A DNA stretch of 64,000 nt from an uncultured Thermoleophilia bacterium (GTDB taxonomy: Bacteria; Actinomycetota; Thermoleophilia; Gaiellales; Gaiellaceae), in contig CAWCXK010000009.1 of assembly GCA_963799575.1 (NCBI GenBank), positions 93,890 to 157,889 on the forward strand. Reading direction: 5' to 3'. Position 1 is the stretch's first letter, and each line of letters begins with the position of its first letter. Below, piece after piece: positions 30,336 to 39,637 of this stretch. The position numbers and the translations under genes were made by a program. The notes beneath the pieces are model-generated. The model was given only the letters and a program-made list of their open reading frames with translations. It had not been told where the DNA came from and did not search any database.

Positions 30336-30519
30336 CTCGAGGTGATGTTCGTACACGAGGAGCCGGTGGAACTCCGTCACTGGGCCAAATCGTGGCGTCC
30401 TGTCCAGTATGTCTTTCTTGACAACACAGCCGCGATGATGGCCAGGTAACAAATTCCCGCACTATGCAGGTTGGGACGTCTTGAAATAGTTTGTTGAACC
30501 GGCGTTTTCGATAAGAAGT

Positions 30520-30568
30520 CAGCGGACTTCTAATCCGCGGGTCGGAGGTTCGAATCCTCCCGGGCGCA
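30520..30568 (+). repeat. attR core: duplicated 3' part of tRNA-Arg(TCT)
   Basis: Exact 49-bp match to 2588-2636; lacks the tRNA 5' half. Confidence 0.95.
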
Positions 30569-30683
30569 CTTCGAAGAGCCGCCATCCGACTGCGCTGAGT
30601 GGGACTACCCGACGAGCCGGGACGCCGCCTGTGCCACCGACGTCAACCCCCAGCCTGTACGCCATCTCGATGTCTTTTCTGTT

Positions 30684-31577
30684 CTAGCCGGCGATCGGTG
30701 CGAACGTTCCGGCTTTGTAGACCTGACCCTCGAGCTCTCGCCCGAGGCGTGATTCGAGCCAGTTGGCCACGTCGATGAGCGCGCCGAGATCGATCCCCGT
30801 CTCGACGCCTTCGCCGTGGAGGAGGTACACGAGGTCCTCGGTCGCGATGTTCCCCGTCGCGCGAGGAGCGAACGGGCAGCCGCCGATCCCTCCGACCGAG
30901 GCGTCGAACACGGTGGCCCCGGCCTCGAGAGCTGCAACGGCGTTGGCGAATCCCGTGTTGCGCGTGTTGTGCAGGTGAATCCCGACCGGCACGCCGAGCG
31001 TGACCGCGCGGCCGACGAGGTCGTGTACCTGCCGCGGAACACCGACGCCGACCGTGTCGGCGAGCGTGATCTCGTCCACGCCGGTGGCGACGATGCGCGC
31101 CGCGAGCTCGGCAACGCGCCCGGGATCGACGGCGCCCTCGAAGGGGCAGCCGAACGCGACGCCGATCGTCACGGTCGAGCGGATGCCGTCCGCCTTGGCG
31201 CGCTCGACGATCCGCTCGGCGCCCGCGACGCCCTCCTCGACGGATGCGTGCGCGTTGCGCTCGTTGAACTTCTCGGTCGCGGCGAAGGCGTAGTGAACCT
31301 CGTCGAGCCCTGTCTCGCGGAGCCGGTCGTAGCCGCGCTCGTTCACCGCGAGACCGGCGTAGACCACCCCTTCACGCCGCTCGAGGGCCGCGACCACCTC
31401 CTCGGCGCCTGCCATCTGGGGCACGTGCTTTGGGCTGACGAAGCTGACTGCTTCGATGCGCGGCACACCTGCGGCCGCGAGCAGGTCGACGAGCTCGGCA
31501 CGCACGGCCGGCTCGAGCGTGACCGGCTGGTTCTGGAGACCGTCGCGCGGCCCGACGTCGCAGATCGTGACCCTCAT
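30684..31577 (-). CDS. Hydroxymethylglutaryl-CoA lyase family protein
   Basis: DVGPRDGLQN, LADTVG, HLHNT, GGCPFAPRATGNIATED. Confidence 0.92.
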   Translation of the reverse strand: MRVTICDVGPRDGLQNQPVTLEPAVRAELVDLLAAAGVPRIEAVSFVSPKHVPQMAGAEEVVAALERREGVVYAGLAVNERGYDRLRETGLDEVHYAFAATEKFNERNAHASVEEGVAGAERIVERAKADGIRSTVTIGVAFGCPFEGAVDPGRVAELAARIVATGVDEITLADTVGVGVPRQVHDLVGRAVTLGVPVGIHLHNTRNTGFANAVAALEAGATVFDASVGGIGGCPFAPRATGNIATEDLVYLLHGEGVETGIDLGALIDVANWLESRLGRELEGQVYKAGTFAPIAG

Positions 31578-32794
31578 ACCACCCCATCCTCTCGTAGCTC
31601 GCCGAGCTCTGAATCCGTCAGGCCGAGCAAGCCACAGTAGATCTCTTCGTTATGGCTGCCGTCCTCCCAGGTGCCCGACCACCGAACCTCGCCCGGCGTG
31701 TCCGAGAACTTCGGGACGATCCCAGGCCCGAGGTACGGCCCGAACTCCGGGTCGACGTGCTCTACGAGCATGTCACGCGCCCTGTACTGCGGGTCCTCGA
31801 AGATCTCGGCCATCGTGTAGATCGGCCCGCAGACGACGCCGGCCTCACCAAGGATGCGGTCGATGTCGCGGGCGTCGTGCCGCACCGCCCACTCCGCGAC
31901 GATGCCCTCGATCTCGGCCTGATTCTCGCCGCGCGCGACATGGGTCGCAAAGCGCGGATCGTCGGCGAGCTCGGGGCGCGCCATCGCATCGCACAGCCGG
32001 CGGAAGAGGTTGTCGTGGTTCGCGGCGATGACCATCCAGAGGTCGTCACGTGACTTGAAGATGTTCGACGGCGCGATGCCCTTGAGGTTGGTGCCGGCCG
32101 GCTGCCGGACGATGCCGAGCCGGTCGTACTCGGGAACGGCGCTCTCGAGCAGCGCAAACGACGCCTCCATCAGCGAGACGTCGACGACCTGGCCCCGACC
32201 GTCGCCGAGAACGTCGCGGTGGTACAGCGCCGCGAGAATGCCCTGCGTCGCGAACATCGCGGCGAGCGAGTCGCCGAGCGAGATCCCCGTGCGTGGGGGC
32301 GCCTCGCCGGGGAAGCCGTTGATGTAGCGGAGGCCTCCCATCGCCTCCGCGACGGAGGCGAAGCCTGCCCGCTCGGCATAGGGGCCGGTCTGTCCGTAGC
32401 CAGAGATGCGGGCGAGGACGAGGCCGGGGTTCGTGGCCGAGAGCCGGTCGTAGCCGAGGTTCCACCGCTCGAGGGTGCCGGGGCGGAAGTTCTCGGTGAG
32501 GACGTCCGCGACGCGGACGAGCTCGAGCAAGAGCTCCTGCCCTCGCGGCTCGCGGAGGTTGAGCGTGATGCACTTCTTGTTCCGCGCCTGCACCGGCCAG
32601 AAGAGGGTGCGCCCCTCGTAGCGCGCCTGGCCCCATTCCCGCAAGGGGTCCGGCTTGCCGGGGGGCTCGACCTTGATGATCTCGGCGCCCATGTCGCCCA
32701 GCAGCCGTCCGGCGAAGGGTCCAGCCAGCAGCGTCCCGAGCTCGATCAGCCGCATGCCCGCGAGCGGGCCGGGGCCGGAGGTGTCGCGTGTCAT
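31574..32794 (-). CDS. CaiB/BaiF family III CoA-transferase
   Basis: GDMGAEIIKVEP, RNKK, ENFRPG, SGYGQTGPY. Confidence 0.93.
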   Translation of the reverse strand: MTRDTSGPGPLAGMRLIELGTLLAGPFAGRLLGDMGAEIIKVEPPGKPDPLREWGQARYEGRTLFWPVQARNKKCITLNLREPRGQELLLELVRVADVLTENFRPGTLERWNLGYDRLSATNPGLVLARISGYGQTGPYAERAGFASVAEAMGGLRYINGFPGEAPPRTGISLGDSLAAMFATQGILAALYHRDVLGDGRGQVVDVSLMEASFALLESAVPEYDRLGIVRQPAGTNLKGIAPSNIFKSRDDLWMVIAANHDNLFRRLCDAMARPELADDPRFATHVARGENQAEIEGIVAEWAVRHDARDIDRILGEAGVVCGPIYTMAEIFEDPQYRARDMLVEHVDPEFGPYLGPGIVPKFSDTPGEVRWSGTWEDGSHNEEIYCGLLGLTDSELGELREDGVV

Positions 32795-32947
32795 CGGATC
32801 ATCGTCTCCAACCATCCTACGTACCACGCGGTCCAGCCCCGGTCGGCTTCGAGGCCGAGCTGGCGATGCTGAGGCATGAACTGGCCCTGCAGAGAAGCAA
32901 CCGATCGGGCCTCGATGCGACCCGGCCACTCAGCGGCGAATTGCCTA

Positions 32948-33718
32948 TTAGCGGGCGGTCGTCGCTCCGTCGACGGTGAGCGCCGACCCGGTCACGAACG
33001 ACGACTCGTCAGATGCGAGAAACAGCACGCAATTCGCGACCTCGCGCGCCGTGCCCATCCGGAGGAGCGGTGAGGCGGCCTCATACTCGCGACGGAGCGC
33101 AACGGGGTCATCGGCGGCATCGAGAAAGAGGTCCGTCAGCGGAGTGTCGATGACGCCGGGGCAGACGGCGTTCACGCGAATCGCGCGCGGCGCGAGCTCG
33201 AGGGCGAGCGCGCGGGAGAGCTGGAGGACGGCGCCCTTCGACGCCGTGTAGGCCGCGTTGTTGTCGCCCGCGATGAAGGAGTTGATCGAGGCCATGTTGA
33301 CGATCGAGCTGCCGGAGGGCATGTACGGCACCGCGGCCCGGCAGGCGTAGAAGATGCCCGTCACATTCACTCTCAGGATCCGCTCCCACTCCTCGTTCGT
33401 CGTGTCGACGACCGAGGGGCCGTGCACGAGCTCGATCCCGGCGTTGTTCGAGAGGATGTCGATGCGGCCGAATCGCTCGACGATGGCGGCGGTGGCCCGA
33501 TCAATCGCGTCGCCATCCGCAATGTCGAGAGTCAGCCCAACCACGCGGCGACCGGATGCCTCGGCGGCGAGACGACGCGTCTCTTCCACATTGACCGCAG
33601 TCTGCGACGTGACGACGACGTCGGCGCCCTCCTCCGCGAGGCGGATCGCGGTCGCGCGCCCGATACCCGTGCCGGCGCCGGTGACAACGGCCACCCTGCC
33701 TGCGACCCGGCCGGTCAC
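32948..33718 (-). CDS. SDR-family oxidoreductase
   Basis: TGAGTGIG, NNAG, YTASK. Confidence 0.92.
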   Translation of the reverse strand: MTGRVAGRVAVVTGAGTGIGRATAIRLAEEGADVVVTSQTAVNVEETRRLAAEASGRRVVGLTLDIADGDAIDRATAAIVERFGRIDILSNNAGIELVHGPSVVDTTNEEWERILRVNVTGIFYACRAAVPYMPSGSSIVNMASINSFIAGDNNAAYTASKGAVLQLSRALALELAPRAIRVNAVCPGVIDTPLTDLFLDAADDPVALRREYEAASPLLRMGTAREVANCVLFLASDESSFVTGSALTVDGATTAR

Positions 33719-33814
33719 GTGGTGCCTCCGACATTGCTCATGGCGTGCCTCCTCCGGTCACGGTGAAGGTCGCTGCCGTCACCCCGCGATCGAAACACTA
33801 CCCGTAGTTGTCAT

Positions 33815-33850
33815 ATTGGTTCTAATAGTGGTTAGATTGGTATCACCAGC
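33815..33850. promoter_or_regulatory. Putative HutC/DasR-type GntR operator(s)
   Basis: ATTGGTTCTAATAGT and ATTGGTATCACCAGC in an AT-rich divergent promoter. Confidence 0.5.
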
Positions 33851-33878
33851 GTTCGGACGGCGAGGGAGGGAGCGGAGC

Positions 33879-34985
33879 GTGCCACTACGGATCGGAGTTC
33901 TCGGGCTCGGGAGCGTGTTCTGGACCCCGTATCGCAGCATCATCAACAAGCTCGGCTACGAGGGACGTGTCGAGCTCGTGGCAGCCTTTGATCCCGATCC
34001 TGCCAAACGGGAAGCGATCCGACAGGTTGCCGACGTCGACACCGAATTCGCCGACGCCGACGCGCTGATCGCGCGGGAGGACATCGACATCGTCCTCGTC
34101 CTCACGAACATGAACGAGCACGGCCCTCTCTCACTGGCTGCGCTTGCGGCGGGAAAGCACGTCCTCGTGGAAAAACCGATGGCGACGAGCCTCGCCGAGG
34201 CGCGCGCCCTCGTCGAGGCCAGCAGGACATCCGAGACGCTGCTCGTCTGCGCCCCCCACATCGTCCTCTCTCCCACATATCGCGCCATGCACCGACGGGT
34301 CCGGGACGGCGTGATCGGGGACCTCGTTCTCGCCCGCTCTCGCTACGGCTGGTCTGGCCCCTGGTGGGGCAAGTGGTTCTACGAGCGCGGGGGCGGTGCG
34401 CTCTTCGACCTCGGTGTCTACAACCTGACGAGCCTCTGCGGATTCTTTGGCTCCGTCCGTCGCGTGACCGCGCTCGTCGGCACCGCGATCCCCGAGCGGA
34501 TCGTCGAGGGTGAGACGATCCAGGTGCAGAGCGAGGACAACGCACACGTCCTGCTCGACTTCGGCGACAGCCGGTTTGGCTCGGTAACGACCGGGTTCAC
34601 GATGCAGAAGTACCGGTCACCGGCCGTCGAGCTCTACGGCACCGAGGGCGTACTTCAGCTGATGGGAGACGACTGGGCCCCGCAGGGGTTCGAGCAGTAC
34701 CGCAACTCCGCCGGCGTGTGGGAGGTCTTCCCCGAGATGGATCCGACCTGGCCCTGGACTGATGGGCTCCGGCACCTGGTCGATTGCATCGAGTCGGGTG
34801 CAGCGACGGTGACGCGGCCCGAACACGCTTACCATGCGCTCGAAGTGATGCTTGCCGCGACCCAGTCGACCCAGCAGGGACGATTCATCGAGATCGAGAG
34901 CGCGTTCCCCGATCTGGACTACAGCACCCTCCCCGCGCTCGCCGAGGACGACAGGCGAATCCACGACCCTCGGACGCTCGTATGA
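33879..34985 (+). CDS. Gfo/Idh/MocA-family oxidoreductase
   Basis: RIGVLGLG, GKHVLVEKP, GGALFDLGVY; GTG start after GGAGG. Confidence 0.9.
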   Translation: MPLRIGVLGLGSVFWTPYRSIINKLGYEGRVELVAAFDPDPAKREAIRQVADVDTEFADADALIAREDIDIVLVLTNMNEHGPLSLAALAAGKHVLVEKPMATSLAEARALVEASRTSETLLVCAPHIVLSPTYRAMHRRVRDGVIGDLVLARSRYGWSGPWWGKWFYERGGGALFDLGVYNLTSLCGFFGSVRRVTALVGTAIPERIVEGETIQVQSEDNAHVLLDFGDSRFGSVTTGFTMQKYRSPAVELYGTEGVLQLMGDDWAPQGFEQYRNSAGVWEVFPEMDPTWPWTDGLRHLVDCIESGAATVTRPEHAYHALEVMLAATQSTQQGRFIEIESAFPDLDYSTLPALAEDDRRIHDPRTLV

Positions 34986-35902
34986 GCATCAAGGAGAACG
35001 CGCCAACCGGGATCGAGGAGGCCAAAGCCACCGCCGCTCCGGCGGCGCCGACGTACAGCCCATCACCGCGGCCGACCTTCGACGGGCCAGCGGCGATCAG
35101 CTATGCGGATGTGACGAGACACATCTGGGGCGACGCGGAGGCAGGCGAGGTCTTCGACTGGATCTACGCGTCGACCGACAACATCCACACACTCGTCTTC
35201 GGGCTCGCCCCGGGGGGAGCGTTCCGCCATTCACGCGAGTTCCGAACGGTGTTCGGCGCTGATGAAGTCCTGCACGTGCTCTCGGGAACGATGATCCTGG
35301 CAAATCCCGAAACGGGCGAGGTGCTCCGGGTGCCGGCCGGCGAGAGCGCATTCTTCCGGGCCGACACCTGGCACCACGTCTTCGCGCACGGCGATGAGCC
35401 GCTGCGTGTTCTCGAGTTCCTCTCACCGCCTCCCTCGGCAGGAACGACCGGCGCCTATGCGCGCTCGAAGGCGTACCTGGCCGAATCGCGCTATTGCGAC
35501 GACTCACTCCTCGGACGGATTCCCGGGGCGGTCGCGGCGCGCAGGACGCTCACATGGGTTCGCCCCGAAGACGCCGTCTACCGACTCGAGGGCGGCGCGC
35601 TCGTGGGGGTGCTCGGGAGTACGGAGCACATCACCGTCGCGTCGCTCTCCCTGCCGAGCTCGAAGTCCGCGCCCGTCCACTCGCACGGCGGTGACGAGAT
35701 CGTCTTCGTTCGAGATGGCGTGTTGAGCGTTCGGGTCTGGCACAACGACCGCACGTCGGTCTTCGAGCTCAACCCGAACGATGCTGCATACATCCCGCAA
35801 GGGGCGCTTCACGAGTACCGGAACTATGGCGCGCAGACGGTCGAGGCCGTGTTCGGGGTGGCACCGTCCTACCTGCCGGAAGCGCCCGACCTGCACTCAT
35901 GA
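34982..35902 (+). CDS. Bicupin-domain protein
   Basis: Two cupin motifs (HS...DEVLHVLSG...WHH and HSHGGDE...LHEY). Confidence 0.75.
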   Translation: MSIKENAPTGIEEAKATAAPAAPTYSPSPRPTFDGPAAISYADVTRHIWGDAEAGEVFDWIYASTDNIHTLVFGLAPGGAFRHSREFRTVFGADEVLHVLSGTMILANPETGEVLRVPAGESAFFRADTWHHVFAHGDEPLRVLEFLSPPPSAGTTGAYARSKAYLAESRYCDDSLLGRIPGAVAARRTLTWVRPEDAVYRLEGGALVGVLGSTEHITVASLSLPSSKSAPVHSHGGDEIVFVRDGVLSVRVWHNDRTSVFELNPNDAAYIPQGALHEYRNYGAQTVEAVFGVAPSYLPEAPDLHS

Positions 35903-36729
35903 CGCTTGTGGCCGGCGTCGACGTCGGAGGGACGAAGATCGATGCCTGCATCGCGGATCCATTCACGGGGGACGTCGTTGCGCGCGAGAGGATCCCGACG
36001 CTCCCCGGAAGGCCGGGCCGGGAAGCGGTTGACGATTGCGTGGCTCTCGTCGCCAAGCTCGCCACGAACCGCTCGCTCTCGTCGATCGGCATCGGGCTCT
36101 GCGAGCTCGTCGACCGCGCGGGAGAGATCACGAGTGCGTTCACGGTCGACTGGCTCGGGGTCGACATCGCGTCCTCCTTCGCCGCTCTCGCACCCGTGAT
36201 AGTGGACTCGGACGTGAGAGCAGCCGCCCTCGCCGAGGCTCGATTCGGTGCGGGGCGCGATGTCGCGGATCCGTGGATCTACGTCACGGTCGGCACGGGC
36301 ATCTCGTACTCGCTCGTTCTCGAGGGCCGCCCGTTCGAAGGCGCGCGTGGGAACGCGATCGTCGTCGGCGCACCGCCTACGGAGCGGCTTGCAAGCGGAC
36401 TCGGTCTAGCGCGTGCGGCCGGTCGTACGCGGGCCGAGGATGTTCTGGACGACCCGGCATGTGCCGGCATCGTCGAGACGGGAGCCACCTCCCTCGGAAC
36501 GGCGCTGGCGATGCTCGCGAATGCGCTCGACCCGGCACTGATCGTCGTCGGCGGCGGGCTCGGCCTCGAGCGGCGGTACAGGGAGGCGGCAGTGGTGACG
36601 ATGCGCGACCTGATCGAGGCAGTCGCGACACGCGACGTCCCCGTCGTGCCCGCCGGGCTCGGAGATCTCGCCGGCCCGCTCGGCGCGGCGATCGCCGGCT
36701 TCGACCGGTCAGCGACGGAGGTTGGGTGA
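35899..36729 (+). CDS. ROK-family sugar kinase
   Basis: GVDVGGTKI, DSDVRAAALAE, VTVGTGI; no N-terminal HTH. Confidence 0.88.
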   Translation: MTLVAGVDVGGTKIDACIADPFTGDVVARERIPTLPGRPGREAVDDCVALVAKLATNRSLSSIGIGLCELVDRAGEITSAFTVDWLGVDIASSFAALAPVIVDSDVRAAALAEARFGAGRDVADPWIYVTVGTGISYSLVLEGRPFEGARGNAIVVGAPPTERLASGLGLARAAGRTRAEDVLDDPACAGIVETGATSLGTALAMLANALDPALIVVGGGLGLERRYREAAVVTMRDLIEAVATRDVPVVPAGLGDLAGPLGAAIAGFDRSATEVG

Positions 36730-37568
36730 ACGGCCTCGCGGATCGCGATCCCGTTCTCGTCACCGGCAGTCGCGGGTATCTCGGCACCTGGGTCGTCTCG
36801 AATCTCGAGGCGGGCGGCTTTGCCGTCCGCGAATTCGACCTCTCGCTCGGAGACGACGTGGGGGACCTTCCGGACGTCCTCCGCGCCGCCGCGGGCTGCT
36901 CGGCGATCGTCCACCTCGCAGCGATCCCGCACGACGACGTCGGCGCACCCGAAGCCATCATGGCCACGAACGTGCTCGGCACCTGGCACGTCCTCCTCGC
37001 CGCCGGAGCCGTAGGGGCTCGGCGAGTGATTCACCTCTCGAGCGCCATGGCCCTCGGCGTCTTCCAGTCGAGGACATTGCCGACCCGGTTGCCGATCGAC
37101 GACGGCTACGAGCCAGCTCCGATCAGCCCGTACTCGCTGTCGAAGCGGCTGGGGGAGATCCTCTGTGCAGCGAGATCGGCCGACGATGGTCCGCTCACCG
37201 TCTGCTTCCGGTCGACGAGAATCGTCGGCCCAGACGAGCGCGGTGGCGTCGGTGCCGAGGTCGAGGAACAGGTTGCCGCCCACGATCCGATCTGCGATTT
37301 TGCCGCCTGGATCGACGTGAGGGACGTTGCGGATGCAGTGCGGCTCGCCCTCACGGCACCGCTCGCCGGCCACGTCACCTGCATTCTCGCCGCGGACGAC
37401 ACGGTCGCGGGCATTCCGCCCCGACGACTACTGACCGACATCTACCGAGGCGTCCCCTGGAGCGGCGGCGACGACGCGGAGACGCTCGTGCGAAGCACGG
37501 TCGCACGAGCGGAGCTCGGATGGGTGCCGCGGTACCGCTGGGCGTCCGAGGGGGATTTCGCCGAATGA
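36726..37568 (+). CDS. NAD-dependent epimerase/dehydratase (uronate-dehydrogenase-like extended SDR)
   Basis: VTGSRGYLG, HLAA, YSLSK. Confidence 0.85.
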   Translation: MNGLADRDPVLVTGSRGYLGTWVVSNLEAGGFAVREFDLSLGDDVGDLPDVLRAAAGCSAIVHLAAIPHDDVGAPEAIMATNVLGTWHVLLAAGAVGARRVIHLSSAMALGVFQSRTLPTRLPIDDGYEPAPISPYSLSKRLGEILCAARSADDGPLTVCFRSTRIVGPDERGGVGAEVEEQVAAHDPICDFAAWIDVRDVADAVRLALTAPLAGHVTCILAADDTVAGIPPRRLLTDIYRGVPWSGGDDAETLVRSTVARAELGWVPRYRWASEGDFAE

Positions 37569-38794
37569 AGATCAGGAACATCAAGGTCATCGTCACGTGC
37601 CCGGGGCGAAACTACGTCGTCGTCAAGGTCGAGACAGACGAGCCGGGCGTCTACGGCGTCGGCGACGCGACGTTGAACGGTCGAGAGCTGGCCGTCGCGG
37701 CTGCGCTCCGCGATCACGTCGCGCCGCTTCTGATCGGCCGTGACCCCGACCAGATCGAGGACATCTGGCAGTACCTCGCGCGCGGCGGATACTGGCGGGG
37801 AGGGCCGGTGCAGATGACTGCGATCGCCGGCATCGACCTCGCACTCTGGGACATCAAAGGGAAAGTGGCCGGACTGCCGGTCTACTCGCTGCTCGGCGGC
37901 CGCACACGGAAAGGGGCTCTCGCCTACGGACATGCGAGTGGCGAGACGCACCGCGAATTGCTCGAGGACATCCAGCGGCGGATCGAGGAGGGGTTTCGTG
38001 TCGTTCGCGTTCAGGCCGCGATTCCGGGCCAGCCGGCCTCCTACGGGATCGACGCGGCCTACGGCGAGCTCGCGCCCGAGGCCGGTACGGGCGACGGTGG
38101 CCCGCTGCCGCTGCTCGAGAGGGACTGGGACCCACGGGCCTACCTCCGCAGCGTCCCGAAGATGCTCGAGTTCGTCCGCTCGGAGCTTGGCGACAGCGTC
38201 GAGCTCTGCCACGACGTTCACGGCCGGCTGACGCCCGGGGAGGCGGCCCGACTCGCGAGCGACGTCGAGCCGTTCAAGCTCCTGTTCCTCGAGGATCCCG
38301 TGCGCCCGGAACATCGGGAGAGCCTTCGGCTCGTGCGACGCGCATCCACGACACCGCTAGCCATGGGAGAGCTCTACACGACGAAGTATGACGCGCTCAC
38401 TCCCATCACAGAGCAGCTGATCGACTATGTCCGCTGCGACCTCGCCCACATCGGCGGGCTGACGGAGGCAAGGAAGATCGCAGCAATCGCAGAGCCTTTC
38501 GGCGTTCGGACAGCGTGGCATGGCCCTGATGACATCGGCCCTGCGGCGCACGCGGCGAACGTCCACCTCGACTGTGCCGTCTCCAACTTCGGGATCCAGG
38601 AGTACCCCGGTCTCGCCGGCACCGTGCTCGAGGTGCTTCCCGGCGCCCCCGAGCTCGTCGACGGCTACCTCCTGCCCTCGGAAGCCCCGGGCCTCGGCGT
38701 CGACGTCGACGAGAAGCTCGCGGCGCAATTCCCGTACGAACGCGCTTACCTCCCGACGGTCCGCTTGACCGACGGGAGCGTCCACGACTGGTAG
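37565..38794 (+). CDS. D-mannonate dehydratase-like enolase-superfamily protein (ManD/RspA)
   Basis: TCPGRNYV, GDATLNGRELAV, YWRGGPV, HDVHGRL, C-terminal DGSVHDW. Confidence 0.88.
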   Translation: MKIRNIKVIVTCPGRNYVVVKVETDEPGVYGVGDATLNGRELAVAAALRDHVAPLLIGRDPDQIEDIWQYLARGGYWRGGPVQMTAIAGIDLALWDIKGKVAGLPVYSLLGGRTRKGALAYGHASGETHRELLEDIQRRIEEGFRVVRVQAAIPGQPASYGIDAAYGELAPEAGTGDGGPLPLLERDWDPRAYLRSVPKMLEFVRSELGDSVELCHDVHGRLTPGEAARLASDVEPFKLLFLEDPVRPEHRESLRLVRRASTTPLAMGELYTTKYDALTPITEQLIDYVRCDLAHIGGLTEARKIAAIAEPFGVRTAWHGPDDIGPAAHAANVHLDCAVSNFGIQEYPGLAGTVLEVLPGAPELVDGYLLPSEAPGLGVDVDEKLAAQFPYERAYLPTVRLTDGSVHDW

Positions 38795-38797
38795 TGC

Positions 38798-39637
38798 CTA
38801 CGTCTTGACCGCGCCGGCCGAGATGCCGCGCAGGAAGTGCCGCTGGAGGAGCACGTAGACGACGAGGATCGGAGCCGCGACCAGAATCGCCGCTGCCGCG
38901 ACTTCGGTTCTGTCGGTCGCGTGCGCCGCGCCCGCGAAGTACGAGAGGCCGAGTGGTGCGGTCTGCTTCTCGGGATCCTGGATCAGAACGAGGGCGAGGA
39001 GGAACTCGTTCCAGGTCCAGAGGAAGATCAACACGCACATCGTCAGGATCGCGGGCCGCGCCTGCGGCAGGAGGACACGGAAGAGGACACCGAACGTCGA
39101 GGCGCCGTCGATCCGGGCAGACTCGATCAGCGACCGCGGCGCCGCCCGGAAGAACGCTCGCATCCAGACCGCCCCGAAGGAGACCGACGTGCCGATCTGC
39201 GGCAGGATCAGCGCCCAGTACGTATCGGAGAGGTTGATTCCGAAGGGATGAATCGACTGGAAACCGTAGTAGAGCGGGATCACGGTCGCCTCGTACGGGA
39301 AGACGATCCCGAGCACCATCAGCCCGAACACGAGCCTGTCGCCGGTGAACCGCATCGTCCCGAGCGCATACCCCGCGAGGACGGAGCACACTGCAGCGGC
39401 AATCGTTACGGAGACGGCGACAATTGCGCTCGACCGATATCCGTTCGCGAAGCCTCCCTCCGTAAAGGCCGTCCTGAACGAGGTGAAGTCGATCTTGTCG
39501 GGCCACACGAAGCCGCTTACGAGGTCGCTCTGCTGGTGCAGTGCGAGAAACAAGATGGACAGCAGCGGGTAGACGGCAGCGGCGGAGAAGAGGAGGATCA
39601 TCGCGTACGTCGTGACCCGCTCGCCCCTGCTCGTCAT
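38798..39637 (-). CDS. Carbohydrate ABC transporter permease
   Basis: LIESARIDGA EAA motif; WNEF. Confidence 0.92.
   Translation of the reverse strand: MTSRGERVTTYAMILLFSAAAVYPLLSILFLALHQQSDLVSGFVWPDKIDFTSFRTAFTEGGFANGYRSSAIVAVSVTIAAAVCSVLAGYALGTMRFTGDRLVFGLMVLGIVFPYEATVIPLYYGFQSIHPFGINLSDTYWALILPQIGTSVSFGAVWMRAFFRAAPRSLIESARIDGASTFGVLFRVLLPQARPAILTMCVLIFLWTWNEFLLALVLIQDPEKQTAPLGLSYFAGAAHATDRTEVAAAAILVAAPILVVYVLLQRHFLRGISAGAVKT

Larger units (their letters stand above)
2637..30568. mobile_element. Genomic island integrated at tRNA-Arg(TCT), ~28 kb, degraded
   Basis: Flanking 49-bp tRNA 3' direct repeats; IS and integrase remnants, many gene fragments and shifted composition inside. Confidence 0.88.

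Noticed and set aside
30520-30568. Second tRNA-Arg gene
   Set aside because: Lacks the 5' acceptor strand and D-arm; it is the attR duplication
2637-30568. Prophage, ICE or defence island
   Set aside because: No structural, conjugation, relaxase, replication or recognisable defence genes
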